Below are positions 26,626-35,205 of a stretch of DNA of 64,000 bases, piece after piece. Numbering within the stretch: position 1 is the stretch's first letter; every line of letters begins with the position of its first letter. Source of the DNA: a virus (Duplodnaviria; Caudoviricetes); IMG/VR virus record IMGVR_UViG_2933320104_000001, positions 2,782-66,781 of that record. One strand, given 5' to 3'. Position numbers and translations under genes: made by a program. Under the pieces are notes generated by a model. It ran no database searches. It was not told the DNA's origin and was given only the letters and a program-made list of their open reading frames with translations.

Positions 26626-26902
26626 ACTGCTCACGATGAAGCACGTCCACCGCGCGTTCCGCGACTGGGGGGAAGTCCTCGACCGTACGCCGCACGGCGA
26701 AGAGAACGGCATGCAGCCCTTCGTCGACTCCCTGAACAGGCAGCTCGGACTGAACCGCGAGCGAGCCGCCGACGCCGGCGAAGTCCCGTCCAGCGGCGTT
26801 CGGGAAGCCCTGATCAGCGAAGTCCATAGGCGCCTACCCGACGTCGACCGCGTCACGATCGCCAGTGTCCTCACGCATGCGGCCGAAGTGCTGCAGGCCT
26901 AG
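26618..26902 (+). CDS. Hypothetical protein
   Basis: GGAGG RBS. Confidence 0.6.
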   Translation: MPELLTMKHVHRAFRDWGEVLDRTPHGEENGMQPFVDSLNRQLGLNRERAADAGEVPSSGVREALISEVHRRLPDVDRVTIASVLTHAAEVLQA

Positions 26903-26910
26903 GAGGAGCG

Positions 26911-27300
26911 TTGACCGAACTCGACAGACTCCGGCAGCACGTCAGCGAGGGCTGGCCGATCACCTTGCAATGCAGCGGCGTCCACTCGGAGTCCCGCAGG
27001 CGCTGCCTGGTGGCCGCGCAACGGCTCCTGATCACGGGCTGCGTCCACGAGCATGTCGGGCCGACGTTCGTCTGTGCTGGGCACGATGCCGCGGCCGACA
27101 TGGAATGCCACGAGTGCCATGTGGCCGGACACCAATGCCCGCTCGCCGAGATCGACGCGCCGTCCGCTGATGTCGACTCGTGGCTGTTCGAACGTCTGAC
27201 CCCGGCCGACCCGACTGGCGTCGACATGGACGAGTGGCACGCCTTCGTCCGCGACAACCTGCACAAGATCGTGCCCGTGCGGCTCCGGACCGTCCTATGA
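26911..27300 (+). CDS. Cys/His-rich hypothetical protein
   Basis: AGGAGGAG RBS then TTG. Confidence 0.65.
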   Translation: MTELDRLRQHVSEGWPITLQCSGVHSESRRRCLVAAQRLLITGCVHEHVGPTFVCAGHDAAADMECHECHVAGHQCPLAEIDAPSADVDSWLFERLTPADPTGVDMDEWHAFVRDNLHKIVPVRLRTVL

Positions 27301-27548
27301 AGACATCCGACATCCCCAACGAAGCCTTCCTCGCGGCCGTCCAAGCCGTCCACGACAGCGAGCGGAGGTTGGCGGACACTACGGAGATCGCCGACGCGTT
27401 GGGTGTTCCGTTCAAGCTGGTTCTGTCGAAGGCGCGGCGCCTGATCAACCGGGGTGTGTTGGACGGGTGCGCGTGCGGATGCCGGGGAGACTTCGAGATC
27501 CCCGGGTGGCTAGAGGCGTCATGGAAGGTGCGACACCATGAGCGATGA
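27297..27548 (+). CDS. Small winged-helix-like protein
   Basis: P.KLVLSKARRLINRGVLDGCACGCRGDFE. Confidence 0.7.
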   Translation: MKTSDIPNEAFLAAVQAVHDSERRLADTTEIADALGVPFKLVLSKARRLINRGVLDGCACGCRGDFEIPGWLEASWKVRHHER

Positions 27549-27693
27549 CGCCTTCTGGGCTCTGGTCAACGTCGCGGTGGTGGTCGTCATGGTTGCCGCG
27601 AACGGTGTGGTGCTGTGGCTGAACACCATCGCCAACCGCCGACAGATGGAGCGGCTCGCACGAGAGTACGGCTGGCCTGAGCGGGAATCGTGA
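27538..27693 (+). CDS. Single-TM small protein (not in ORF track)
   Basis: MSDDAFWALVNVAVVVVMVAANGVVLWL...; overlaps both neighbours. Confidence 0.55.
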   Translation: MSDDAFWALVNVAVVVVMVAANGVVLWLNTIANRRQMERLAREYGWPERES

Positions 27694-28205
27694 GCCGGAG
27701 ATTCACGGCCGCGTTCCGCAACAAGCTCGGAGACCGGGACGGCTGGGTGTGCGGATTCTGCCGACGCCACGTGGACAATACGGTCCGCTGGCCCCATCCC
27801 GTATCGCCAAGCGTCGATCACATCCTTTGGCGTGGAGGCGGAGCTGAGGGCAGTGACGACCTGGACAATCTTCGGATCGCGCACCTGGCCTGCAACATGA
27901 AGAACTGCCCGCCGCTGCGCACATCCGAGCCGCACTCGATCTTCGTGTGGAGGCGAAAAGACGCGGGCCTGCCGCCGTACACGGCGGAGACGTGGGAGCA
28001 GGAGCGCCAGCAGGTTGTCCGCGACGCCCTGGCCAACCCCAAACCGGCCCTCAGCTTGGAGGAGTGCATCCGCCGCTACTGGGACCCTCAGTACACGTCC
28101 TGGGAACGCTGGCACGAGGAGAATCCGGGAGCGTGCGACTGCACCCCAACCACGCCGGGCTCGTTCTGTTTACCGTCGATCCCGGACGATCACCGGCTGG
28201 CCTGA
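27690..28205 (+). CDS. HNH endonuclease
   Basis: RDGWVCGFC...SPSVDHI...G.D...NLRIAHLACN. Confidence 0.85.
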   Translation: MSRRFTAAFRNKLGDRDGWVCGFCRRHVDNTVRWPHPVSPSVDHILWRGGGAEGSDDLDNLRIAHLACNMKNCPPLRTSEPHSIFVWRRKDAGLPPYTAETWEQERQQVVRDALANPKPALSLEECIRRYWDPQYTSWERWHEENPGACDCTPTTPGSFCLPSIPDDHRLA

Positions 28206-28287
28206 AGGACCGCTCAAGCCCGACGAGCGCGTCACAGGAGTGCCGCGCGTGGGAGATTGAAGGACAGACCGATCTACTGGAGGAGAC

Positions 28288-28509
28288 GTGACCGACCTCT
28301 GGCTTCTTGAGCAGGACACTTGGACGTGGGTGGACGACAACGGGTTCGTCCGCGAGGAGCCGACCGGGTGGGGCAGGTTCGAGTGCTCCTGCGGCGACCG
28401 CTTCCACGCGAAGCTGGGCGAGGTATCCGACCACGCTCGCGGCCATATCGCCGAACAGCACCCTTCATGGCCGTTGAGCTGGTGGGCTCCGGCAGGAACG
28501 ACACCTTGA
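28288..28509 (+). CDS. Hypothetical protein
   Basis: GGAGGAG RBS. Confidence 0.6.
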   Translation: MTDLWLLEQDTWTWVDDNGFVREEPTGWGRFECSCGDRFHAKLGEVSDHARGHIAEQHPSWPLSWWAPAGTTP

Positions 28510-29012
28510 GCAGCCACCAGTGCGCCCGCCCCGACACGGCCGGCAACGAGCCGTGGAGATGCCCGGATTGCAGCATGTTGTGGGAGTCTCTTCCTTCGGC
28601 GCCCGTCGCGCCCTCCAAACCGAAACGCGTCATCAACAAGGGTGGCGTCGCCGTCCTCGTGGGATCAGGCGTTGGGGCGTACGTTGGCGCGCTGATGTTG
28701 CTGCCGCCAGCGGTGCTGACCATCGGTGCAGTATCTGTGCGTCTACCCGGACTTATCGTGAGCACCTGGGAGGAGCGCATGTCCCAGCGGGCCAAAGCCC
28801 GCATGGTGATCGCCGAGGCCGAGGAGATCACCCGTCAGGCTCTCGAACCCGAGCCGGAACCATTGCGCTGCCTCGTCTGTGGCCAGCCCCCGGACGGCAC
28901 TCTGGTGTTCATCGGGGAGGGCGGCCCTTGGTGCTTCGACCACAGCCCCAACGTGCTCGTGTGGGACGAGCAGGCGCAGGCCTTCGTCGGGCCAGAGCAG
29001 CAGAGCGAGTGA
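28506..29012 (+). CDS. Membrane protein with Cys pairs
   Basis: TTGA overlap; central hydrophobic segment. Confidence 0.55.
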   Translation: MSSHQCARPDTAGNEPWRCPDCSMLWESLPSAPVAPSKPKRVINKGGVAVLVGSGVGAYVGALMLLPPAVLTIGAVSVRLPGLIVSTWEERMSQRAKARMVIAEAEEITRQALEPEPEPLRCLVCGQPPDGTLVFIGEGGPWCFDHSPNVLVWDEQAQAFVGPEQQSE

Positions 29013-29031
29013 CTTTTACGGCAGCCAATGG

Positions 29032-29340
29032 CTATCCGCCGAAGTCGTGCTCTCCCCAGTGCCCGGCGGGGAGCAAGCACAGGCGGCCGGATCCGCGTTC
29101 CTTAGTCGGGCACATCGCAACTCGCTCAACGCCACGATCCTGCTCGCCCCAGCGGATCCACCACTCGAAGCCTTCATCACCACATGCCTGCCCGAGGGTC
29201 ATGTGTTGCCCTGGGTGGCCATCCCAGAGCCAGCACTCCGCGACCGGTTCGACGACGTTCGCCCCATCTGGCAGTTCATCGAGGTACCGCTGCTCTTCGG
29301 CAGTCAGATCGGTCTTGGCCAAGCACGGGGCGAGAGTCAC
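29032..29340 (-). CDS. Protein with two C-x-L-x2-GH-x-G-x-H type motifs
   Basis: CWLWDGHPGQH and CLLPAGHWGEH. Confidence 0.6.
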   Translation of the reverse strand: MTLAPCLAKTDLTAEEQRYLDELPDGANVVEPVAECWLWDGHPGQHMTLGQACGDEGFEWWIRWGEQDRGVERVAMCPTKERGSGRLCLLPAGHWGEHDFGG

Positions 29341-29556
29341 AGGACTAAAGCTAGGTGGGGGAGATGCTGTCGGCTGGCTGATTCGGAGGAATCGCAGCTA
29401 GCCGGGAATGCCACCTGCGGTTTCTCAGCACTAAGCTGATCACAAGGCAAAGGCGGCCCTGCCCCCACGAAGACAGGACCGCCTTCAACTCCACCCTCGC
29501 CAGACTCTCCAGCCACAGAGGTCTCCCGTACAGCGTACTGATCGGGGAGGCCCAGC

Positions 29557-30330
29557 ATGCTCATCGACCTCGAAGCCCTTTGCTGCGGAAGCTGCATGAA
29601 CGGCCTGCGGCGCAAGGTCCGCGCTCACGAAGCCGCTCTCATCAAGCACCAGCACGACCTCGCCGACTACCATCGGGCTGTCGTTGGGTGGCATGCGCCG
29701 CTCATCTGGCATGAGGAGCCGATCGCGCCGGCCGAACCGCGTCTCCCACACGCCGTCTACGGTGAGCCCGTCTACTGCCCGTCCTGCGTCTACGACGTGA
29801 AGGCGAAGCTGTCCAAGCTCGACGGCGCCGCCTGCGTCTACCTGCGAGAGTCGGACGGGTTCCGCGGCCAGACCGACCAGGCGAAGGTGTCCCGATCCGA
29901 CGACCCGGGCACGCTCTCGCCGACGATCGAGGACCTGGACGAGATGGAGAGCTGGCTCCGCTCGTGGAAGGGCGCCTACCTAGGCCGCGACACGTGGGCC
30001 CGCTCCGGCCATCTGGCGGATGCGATCACGCTGGGCGTGGCGTGGCTGGTCGCCCGCGCCGAACGCATCCTCGCCCACGAAGGGATGGCGCAAGCATTTG
30101 GCGGCGAGGTGCAGTCCTGGTACGGCAGGCTCGTCCGCTACGACCCGTCCGAGGTGGTCGTCGAACGGCTGAAGGGCGTCCGCTGTACGGAGTGCGGAGG
30201 GCTCACCTTGGAGCGGAAGGTGGGCGAGGACAAGGTCGTCTGCCGCATGCGGGACTGCGAACGGGTCCTCAAATTGTCGGAGTACCAGGACCTCGCCGAA
30301 GAGGCGAAGCAGACCCGCAAGGCGTCCTGA
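29557..30330 (+). CDS. Zn-binding phage protein, candidate late-gene regulator
   Basis: GGAGG RBS; YCPSC, CTECG, C...C; positioned just before the late region. Confidence 0.7.
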   Translation: MLIDLEALCCGSCMNGLRRKVRAHEAALIKHQHDLADYHRAVVGWHAPLIWHEEPIAPAEPRLPHAVYGEPVYCPSCVYDVKAKLSKLDGAACVYLRESDGFRGQTDQAKVSRSDDPGTLSPTIEDLDEMESWLRSWKGAYLGRDTWARSGHLADAITLGVAWLVARAERILAHEGMAQAFGGEVQSWYGRLVRYDPSEVVVERLKGVRCTECGGLTLERKVGEDKVVCRMRDCERVLKLSEYQDLAEEAKQTRKAS

Positions 30331-30533
30331 GGTGGGACAATGGGTGCATCGTGATCTCTTCTCCTCCGTTCCCGGTCGATCTCATCGACATGCCCGACGG
30401 CGACGTCATGCTTCTGCCCGCGGTCTGGCCAGTACGGCTCACACCCGAGCAGAGAGTCCGCCTCGGCGAGATGCTGCTCAGATCGGACACGCCGGGATTA
30501 AGCGCCGAGTAGCGGAAACGGGTTCAGAGGCTT

Positions 30534-30627
30534 TTGTCGGTGTGGCCTGAGAGACTGTAGGGGCACGAGGCCCCGGCGACGGCGGCAACCGTCCCGGGGC
30601 ATGGCCGACTAACAAGGAGTCGACGTG
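30534..30627 (+). promoter_or_regulatory. RecA-NDp/PafBC-like promoter plus structured leader, copy 1
   Basis: TTGTCGG-N10-GAGACT; CCCCGG-C-GACGG-CGGCAA-CCGTC-CCGGGG; CGACT/AGTCG hairpin over AAGGAG. Confidence 0.6.
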
Positions 30628-31437
30628 TCACACATTAGTCCTGGCCGCGAGCAGCGAAACTGCTACACACCAGAGGACCTCTTCGACGAGGAGGCAGGCA
30701 TCCGGCCTACCATGGCGAAGATCCTCGACCTGATTGATGTGGACGATCCCGATTTCGGCAGGGTCGCATCCATTCTCGGCGAGATGGTTGCCGCCGGTGT
30801 TGACATAGACGAGTCCGCTGTCGCGATCGCTACGAAGCTCGGCAAGCTGCCGAACCGCAAGCCGCGGAGGCAGTCGGAGCGGGAACCTATCGCGGACCTC
30901 GGCCTCCCAATCTGGGGAGAAGCGCAGCAGTCCATCGTCTACTACATCCGCCGAGGCGAACTCATCAAGATCGGCACGACCATGAACCCGAAGGACCGAT
31001 TCGCGGACCTGGTCCCTGATGAGATCCTTGCGTTCGAACCCGGCGACCGATCGGTGGAAGCGCGCAGACACGATCAGTACATGCGTCTACGCAAGGGCAA
31101 CAGCGAGTACTTCGAGGCAGCCCCCGCGCTCATGAGGCACATCGCCTGCATGAGGAAGACTCACGGTGCCCCCGATCCGCGATGGATCACGGTCGCGAAC
31201 CTCAGTGAACGCATGCCGTCGCTCTCGAAGGTGCTGAATCGGCCCAACTCGCCGGAGGTCGCTTCCGCTGCAGCAATCGCCCGGATGCTCGGCCTCAGTT
31301 CAGCCACGGTGCGCGCGTGGGCTCACCGTGGGCAACTCAAGCCGCTGGCGGGAAGTCGCCGCAATAGGCCGCTCTACTTCGTTGACCACGCCCGCCAACT
31401 CGCCGAAGAGAGTGCGTCGTGGTCTGCCTCCCGGTGA
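30625..31437 (+). CDS. GIY-YIG/T5orf172(MUG113)-like domain plus C-terminal HTH
   Basis: VYYIRRGELIKIGTT.N...R...E...H......R...EYF; ATVRAWAHRG. Confidence 0.8.
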   Translation: MSHISPGREQRNCYTPEDLFDEEAGIRPTMAKILDLIDVDDPDFGRVASILGEMVAAGVDIDESAVAIATKLGKLPNRKPRRQSEREPIADLGLPIWGEAQQSIVYYIRRGELIKIGTTMNPKDRFADLVPDEILAFEPGDRSVEARRHDQYMRLRKGNSEYFEAAPALMRHIACMRKTHGAPDPRWITVANLSERMPSLSKVLNRPNSPEVASAAAIARMLGLSSATVRAWAHRGQLKPLAGSRRNRPLYFVDHARQLAEESASWSASR

Positions 31438-31475
31438 GGTTTAGGGTGTCGCAACACGCCGCGATGATCCTCAGC

Positions 31476-31568
31476 TTGCCAAGCCCCTGACCTGCGGTGC
31501 AGACTATGGCGCAGACGGATCTTTTGTGCCCGCTGACCGGAATTCCCGGCGGCGGGCATTTCGCGTTT
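31476..31568 (+). promoter_or_regulatory. Putative late promoter immediately followed by intrinsic terminator
   Basis: TTGCCA-18-CAGACT; hairpin TGCCCGC..GCGGGCA (31527-31558) then TTTCGCGTTT. Confidence 0.55.
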
Positions 31569-31581
31569 CTGGGGGGTGGAA

Positions 31582-31833
31582 ATGCGCCTCCAAGTCCATG
31601 TCGGTCCGGACGGGGAACGGTACGTCACCCGAGCCCAGGCGGCAGAGGTGAAGGGCGTATCCGTGGGCGCGATCGACGGGTGGATCCGAAAGGGCTACCT
31701 CGCGCCTCTGGAGGGCTGCCCGCCGCGCCGGCTGTTGTTCAATCTCGCTGACGTGGACGCGGCCGAGCTGCTTGCCTACGAGGCCGCGGTGCGCACCTCG
31801 GGCACCGACAAGCGGGTCACCCGCGCCGCCTAG
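31582..31833 (+). CDS. MerR/excisionase-like HTH protein
   Basis: VTRAQAAEVKGVSVGAIDGWIRKGYL. Confidence 0.8.
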   Translation: MRLQVHVGPDGERYVTRAQAAEVKGVSVGAIDGWIRKGYLAPLEGCPPRRLLFNLADVDAAELLAYEAAVRTSGTDKRVTRAA

Positions 31834-31854
31834 ATACCCCTATACATCCCGATA

Positions 31855-32036
31855 CGCGCCCTCTCTCCGGCGGGAGAGCGGCGTGAGCTCCGCAGTCACT
31901 TCCCCGTTGCTGCGTAGAGCCCCCAGGTGTCGGCCTGGTCTCCCGAAAGGTCGAGGGTCCAGGCGGAAGACCGGGCCGACACCGCCCCCACGATCGTGCG
32001 GCCCGCCCTCTCCGGGGGGTCAGGGCTGGGCCGCAC
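31855..32036 (+). ncRNA. Candidate structured RNA (four consecutive hairpins)
   Basis: No credible ORF; stems include GGTGTCGGCCTGGTCT/AGACCGGGCCGACACC and GTGCGGCCC/GGGCCGCAC. Confidence 0.4.
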
Positions 32037-32069
32037 CTTGACCCCCTGCAACCCCCCGTGGAGACCGTC

Positions 32070-32402
32070 ATGCCTGACGAAAAGCTCACAGACATCGAAC
32101 GCGACGCCCTGCGGAAGCTGTCCGCCAAGTACATGAAGCGCGCCATCTGGACCGCTGTGGTCATGCTCGGCATGGCCGCCTGCGCGATGTGGTTCGGCGA
32201 TTGGCGGTTCGTCGGCATCGCCTTCGTGCTGTTCATGGTGTTCGCCGCGCTGTGTGTCATGTCGATTGCTGCCACCTCGGAGTTGAACGAGGCCCGGTTC
32301 GCCAAGATCTTCCGTACTGCGGAGCGGGCGAAGAAGCAGCGGGCTCACCAGGAGCGGCAGTGGACGGAAGGCCTGGAGCGCGATCTCGGGATGCGTGACT
32401 GA
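32070..32402 (+). CDS. Two-TM membrane protein
   Basis: GGAG RBS; two hydrophobic helices. Confidence 0.7.
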   Translation: MPDEKLTDIERDALRKLSAKYMKRAIWTAVVMLGMAACAMWFGDWRFVGIAFVLFMVFAALCVMSIAATSELNEARFAKIFRTAERAKKQRAHQERQWTEGLERDLGMRD

Positions 32403-32677
32403 TGCGCATCCCGTTCAGGCGCAAGCCTCGCACGCAGCTCACGATCACGTTCACGCAGGACGTGGACCTCGAGGCGCTCGCCTCCGGCAAGCCGGGCATC
32501 TTCGCGAGCAGTTTGAAACTCGCGCTGGTCTGCTCGTGCGGCACCCGCCTGCGCCTCGGAAGGTTCGTCCAGAAGACCGCCCGCAGCGTCACGAACGAGT
32601 ACTCCTGCCCCGAATGCGGGGACAGGGTGGACGTCACGTACGCCGCCGAAGTCAAGACGCCTGCGAGCGTGGCGTGA
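32402..32677 (+). CDS. Zn-ribbon protein
   Basis: CSCG...CPECG. Confidence 0.65.
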   Translation: MRIPFRRKPRTQLTITFTQDVDLEALASGKPGIFASSLKLALVCSCGTRLRLGRFVQKTARSVTNEYSCPECGDRVDVTYAAEVKTPASVA

Positions 32678-32717
32678 TGGCGGAGCTGCCCGAGGTGCTC
32701 GGCAAGGAGCAGCGCTG

Positions 32718-33125
32718 ATGATCCCCAAGACGGGCGCGGCGCAACTCTTGCAGGCCGCACTCATGCGTGATGAGGCTTTCGCCGACGAGCCTGACCGGGC
32801 AGCGACGATCGTCAAGGGCATCCTGATGGACCTTGAAGACGCCAGGCTGTGCATAGCGCCAGCAGCGGAGCTGGAACGGCGTGGCTTCATCCCACCTCAT
32901 CGGCCGTGCCTGGTGTATTCGGACTCCAACGCAGAGATGATCTACACGCTGGACGACAGCAACTGGGTTGGCAGTGACCTGCCGGGCCGGGAGAGCGAGT
33001 TCTGTCAGGCCCTGCTAGAGCAGGCCCTGAGCCGGTTCCCGGCCCGCGTTCAGGCCGACAAGGTGGCCCAGCATCTGGAGTTCCTCATGCGCGCCTGCTA
33101 CGGCGTTGAAGTGAAGCTCGCCTGA
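32718..33125 (+). CDS. Hypothetical protein
   Basis: AAGGAG RBS. Confidence 0.6.
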   Translation: MIPKTGAAQLLQAALMRDEAFADEPDRAATIVKGILMDLEDARLCIAPAAELERRGFIPPHRPCLVYSDSNAEMIYTLDDSNWVGSDLPGRESEFCQALLEQALSRFPARVQADKVAQHLEFLMRACYGVEVKLA

Positions 33126-33460
33126 GATTTCCATACGCCTGCGGATTCCTGGCACCGCCGGGACGAGTAGGCCCGTCCATCACGAGCCCATAACGATCGC
33201 TGGTGGCCTCGTTGCGCGTATATCTGCGCAGAGACGCGTGCATGCGCAGCCGTCCGCGTCGGTGCGCAAAACCGGCCTTGACCTGCTGTGACAGCGTCAG
33301 AGCATGACCCTCGCAGCGTTACGGCCACGCCGTAGTGAAACCCAGCGACACCGCGCCATTTCGATCGCAAGGCTGCTCGCCCTCGACCAAGCGCCGCAGC
33401 GCGCCACCTGAGCCTCCGGGCGGCCGGTTTTGATCTGCACGTCGGCCGGACCGCCCGGTA

Positions 33461-33784
33461 CTACTCCAGCCGGAACTGCTCGATCCCTTTGAGGTACTTC
33501 TCGTCCGCCTGCTTGAGGAACCACCACCCGCCGGGCTCCTGGTACAGCAGGATCTCTTGCAGGTCGGGCAGGTGCAGCGCTTCGGACCCGTCCAAATCGA
33601 CCACGTACGCTCGCAGGTCGAAACGCCGCGGCGCTGGCCCTGGCCGTACTGCTGGCGCTAGGTAGCGGGCGTGCATCTTGGTGACGGTCCAGTAGTCGAG
33701 CGGGTCGCCGTGGGGGAAGACTCGGCCGCCCGGCTCATCGGGCCCGTTGAACCAGTTATGCAAGGTGACGCGGCGCTTCTCCAC
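33461..33784 (-). CDS. Hypothetical moron protein
   Basis: Globular-looking 107-aa ORF; hairpin downstream (~33417-33458). Confidence 0.55.
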   Translation of the reverse strand: MEKRRVTLHNWFNGPDEPGGRVFPHGDPLDYWTVTKMHARYLAPAVRPGPAPRRFDLRAYVVDLDGSEALHLPDLQEILLYQEPGGWWFLKQADEKYLKGIEQFRLE

Positions 33785-33895
33785 CCCGGCATTCTCGAAC
33801 AGCCGTTCGCGTGATCGCCAGTCGCCTGGGGTAAAGAAGCTCCGATCGTGGGCGAGGACTTCGGCCGGGTGCCGCGCACCCAGGCAGACGGCTGA

Positions 33896-34447
33896 TCAGC
33901 CCGTGCGGTCCTTCTCCGATGATTCGGCGTCCCGCTTGGCCGCCGAAGACATCTCATGCAGGGCTTTCAGATCCAACGCCGAGTACATGCGCCGAAGGTC
34001 GTAGCTCACGGCGGCGGGCGCAAGCCCGAGCCTTCTAGCGATTTCCACGGGGTCCGACGTCCCCTCTGAGAGCAGCTCAAGAATCCTGCCCTGATCTGCC
34101 GACAGGTACTGCCAGGGGTAAGCCTCGGCAGCCGTACGGGCCCGGCCGAGCCCCTCCGCCGCCTCGGCAAGGTCCCTAGCCGCGGCTCGGAGTTCTTCGG
34201 AGTCGAGGCCCTTCCCGGCAACGCGGTTGACGAGTTCGGCCACCTCGGCCTTCCGCTCTTCAACGACCGCGTTGAGGTCGATCTGCCCGCCGGGAAACTG
34301 CAGGGAACTGACCCGGTCGATCAGCCGCCCGAACGCATCCCTGTGCCTGCGCATCACCAGCCACACCGCGAGCACGACCGCTACTGGCCACGCCACTGCG
34401 CCTACGAGCCCGGCTATCGCCTCGATCAACTTTGCCCAGTCCGCCAC
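33896..34447 (-). CDS. Membrane-anchored protein with C-terminal LuxR-like HTH
   Basis: TM AWPVAVVLAVWLV; LS..QGRILELLSEG....EIARRLGL....V...LRRMY..L. Confidence 0.7.
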   Translation of the reverse strand: MADWAKLIEAIAGLVGAVAWPVAVVLAVWLVMRRHRDAFGRLIDRVSSLQFPGGQIDLNAVVEERKAEVAELVNRVAGKGLDSEELRAAARDLAEAAEGLGRARTAAEAYPWQYLSADQGRILELLSEGTSDPVEIARRLGLAPAAVSYDLRRMYSALDLKALHEMSSAAKRDAESSEKDRTG

Positions 34448-34528
34448 GGACTGATCGTCTCCCGCTTCGACGACCCTTCGCAGGCGTCGTGCCCAACCCG
34501 TAACCGCTCCGCCTGCCAGGAGGTCTCA

Positions 34529-35203
34529 ATGCCGTTCAACGACGCTGCCCGCAACGTGGCCCTGGATGGCCTCGACGAGTCCATCTCGGCTGGCATCAAG
34601 TACATCGGCGTGAACACGCTCACCACCGCACCGCCCTCGGACGGCACTCCGGGGACGGGCGGCACGCCGGCCAGCACCGAGGCGACGGGCGGTTCTCCCG
34701 CTTACGCCCGCCAGGCGGTCACGTGGGGCGCTGCCGCGTCCGGGCAGAAGTCCAACTCCGGCGCCCTCACGTTCGACGTCCCCAGCGGCACGTACGGCTT
34801 CCTCACCTTCTGGAACTCGGCAGGGCCGGGCACCTCGGGCTATCTCGGCTGGGCGCCGCTCAACGGCACCGTGAAGGGCTTCTTCAGCGTCGACACGACA
34901 CTGTCCAACGACGCCGTGTTCTCCGTTGCTCACGGCCTGTCCGACGGCGACAGGGTGATCCTCTTCAACGTCTTCGCCGAAACCCTGCCGACCGGGCTGA
35001 CCGAGGGCGCGGTCTACTACGTGGTCAGCTCCACGACCAACTCGTTCAAGGTGTCGACCAGCAGCGGCGGTTCAGCCGTGGACATCACTGCCGTGGGCGG
35101 CGGCGAGGGCTACTTCCAGAAGGTGATCCCCGAGGTCTTCGGAGCTCAGGGCCAGATCACTGTCGCGGCCAGCGCCATCGTCCTGGACGCCACCGGCATC
35201 TAG
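34529..35203 (+). CDS. Virion/tail-fibre-associated protein
   Basis: ARN.ALD...YARQAVTW.AA....SN...LTFDVP; AHGL..GD.V....LPTGL..G.VYYV. Confidence 0.7.
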   Translation: MPFNDAARNVALDGLDESISAGIKYIGVNTLTTAPPSDGTPGTGGTPASTEATGGSPAYARQAVTWGAAASGQKSNSGALTFDVPSGTYGFLTFWNSAGPGTSGYLGWAPLNGTVKGFFSVDTTLSNDAVFSVAHGLSDGDRVILFNVFAETLPTGLTEGAVYYVVSSTTNSFKVSTSSGGSAVDITAVGGGEGYFQKVIPEVFGAQGQITVAASAIVLDATGI

Positions 35204-35205
35204 TC

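Noticed and set aside
31834-33460. tRNA or tmRNA in the non-coding gaps
   Set aside because: No T-loop GTTCRA with a cloverleaf or CCA end was recognisable
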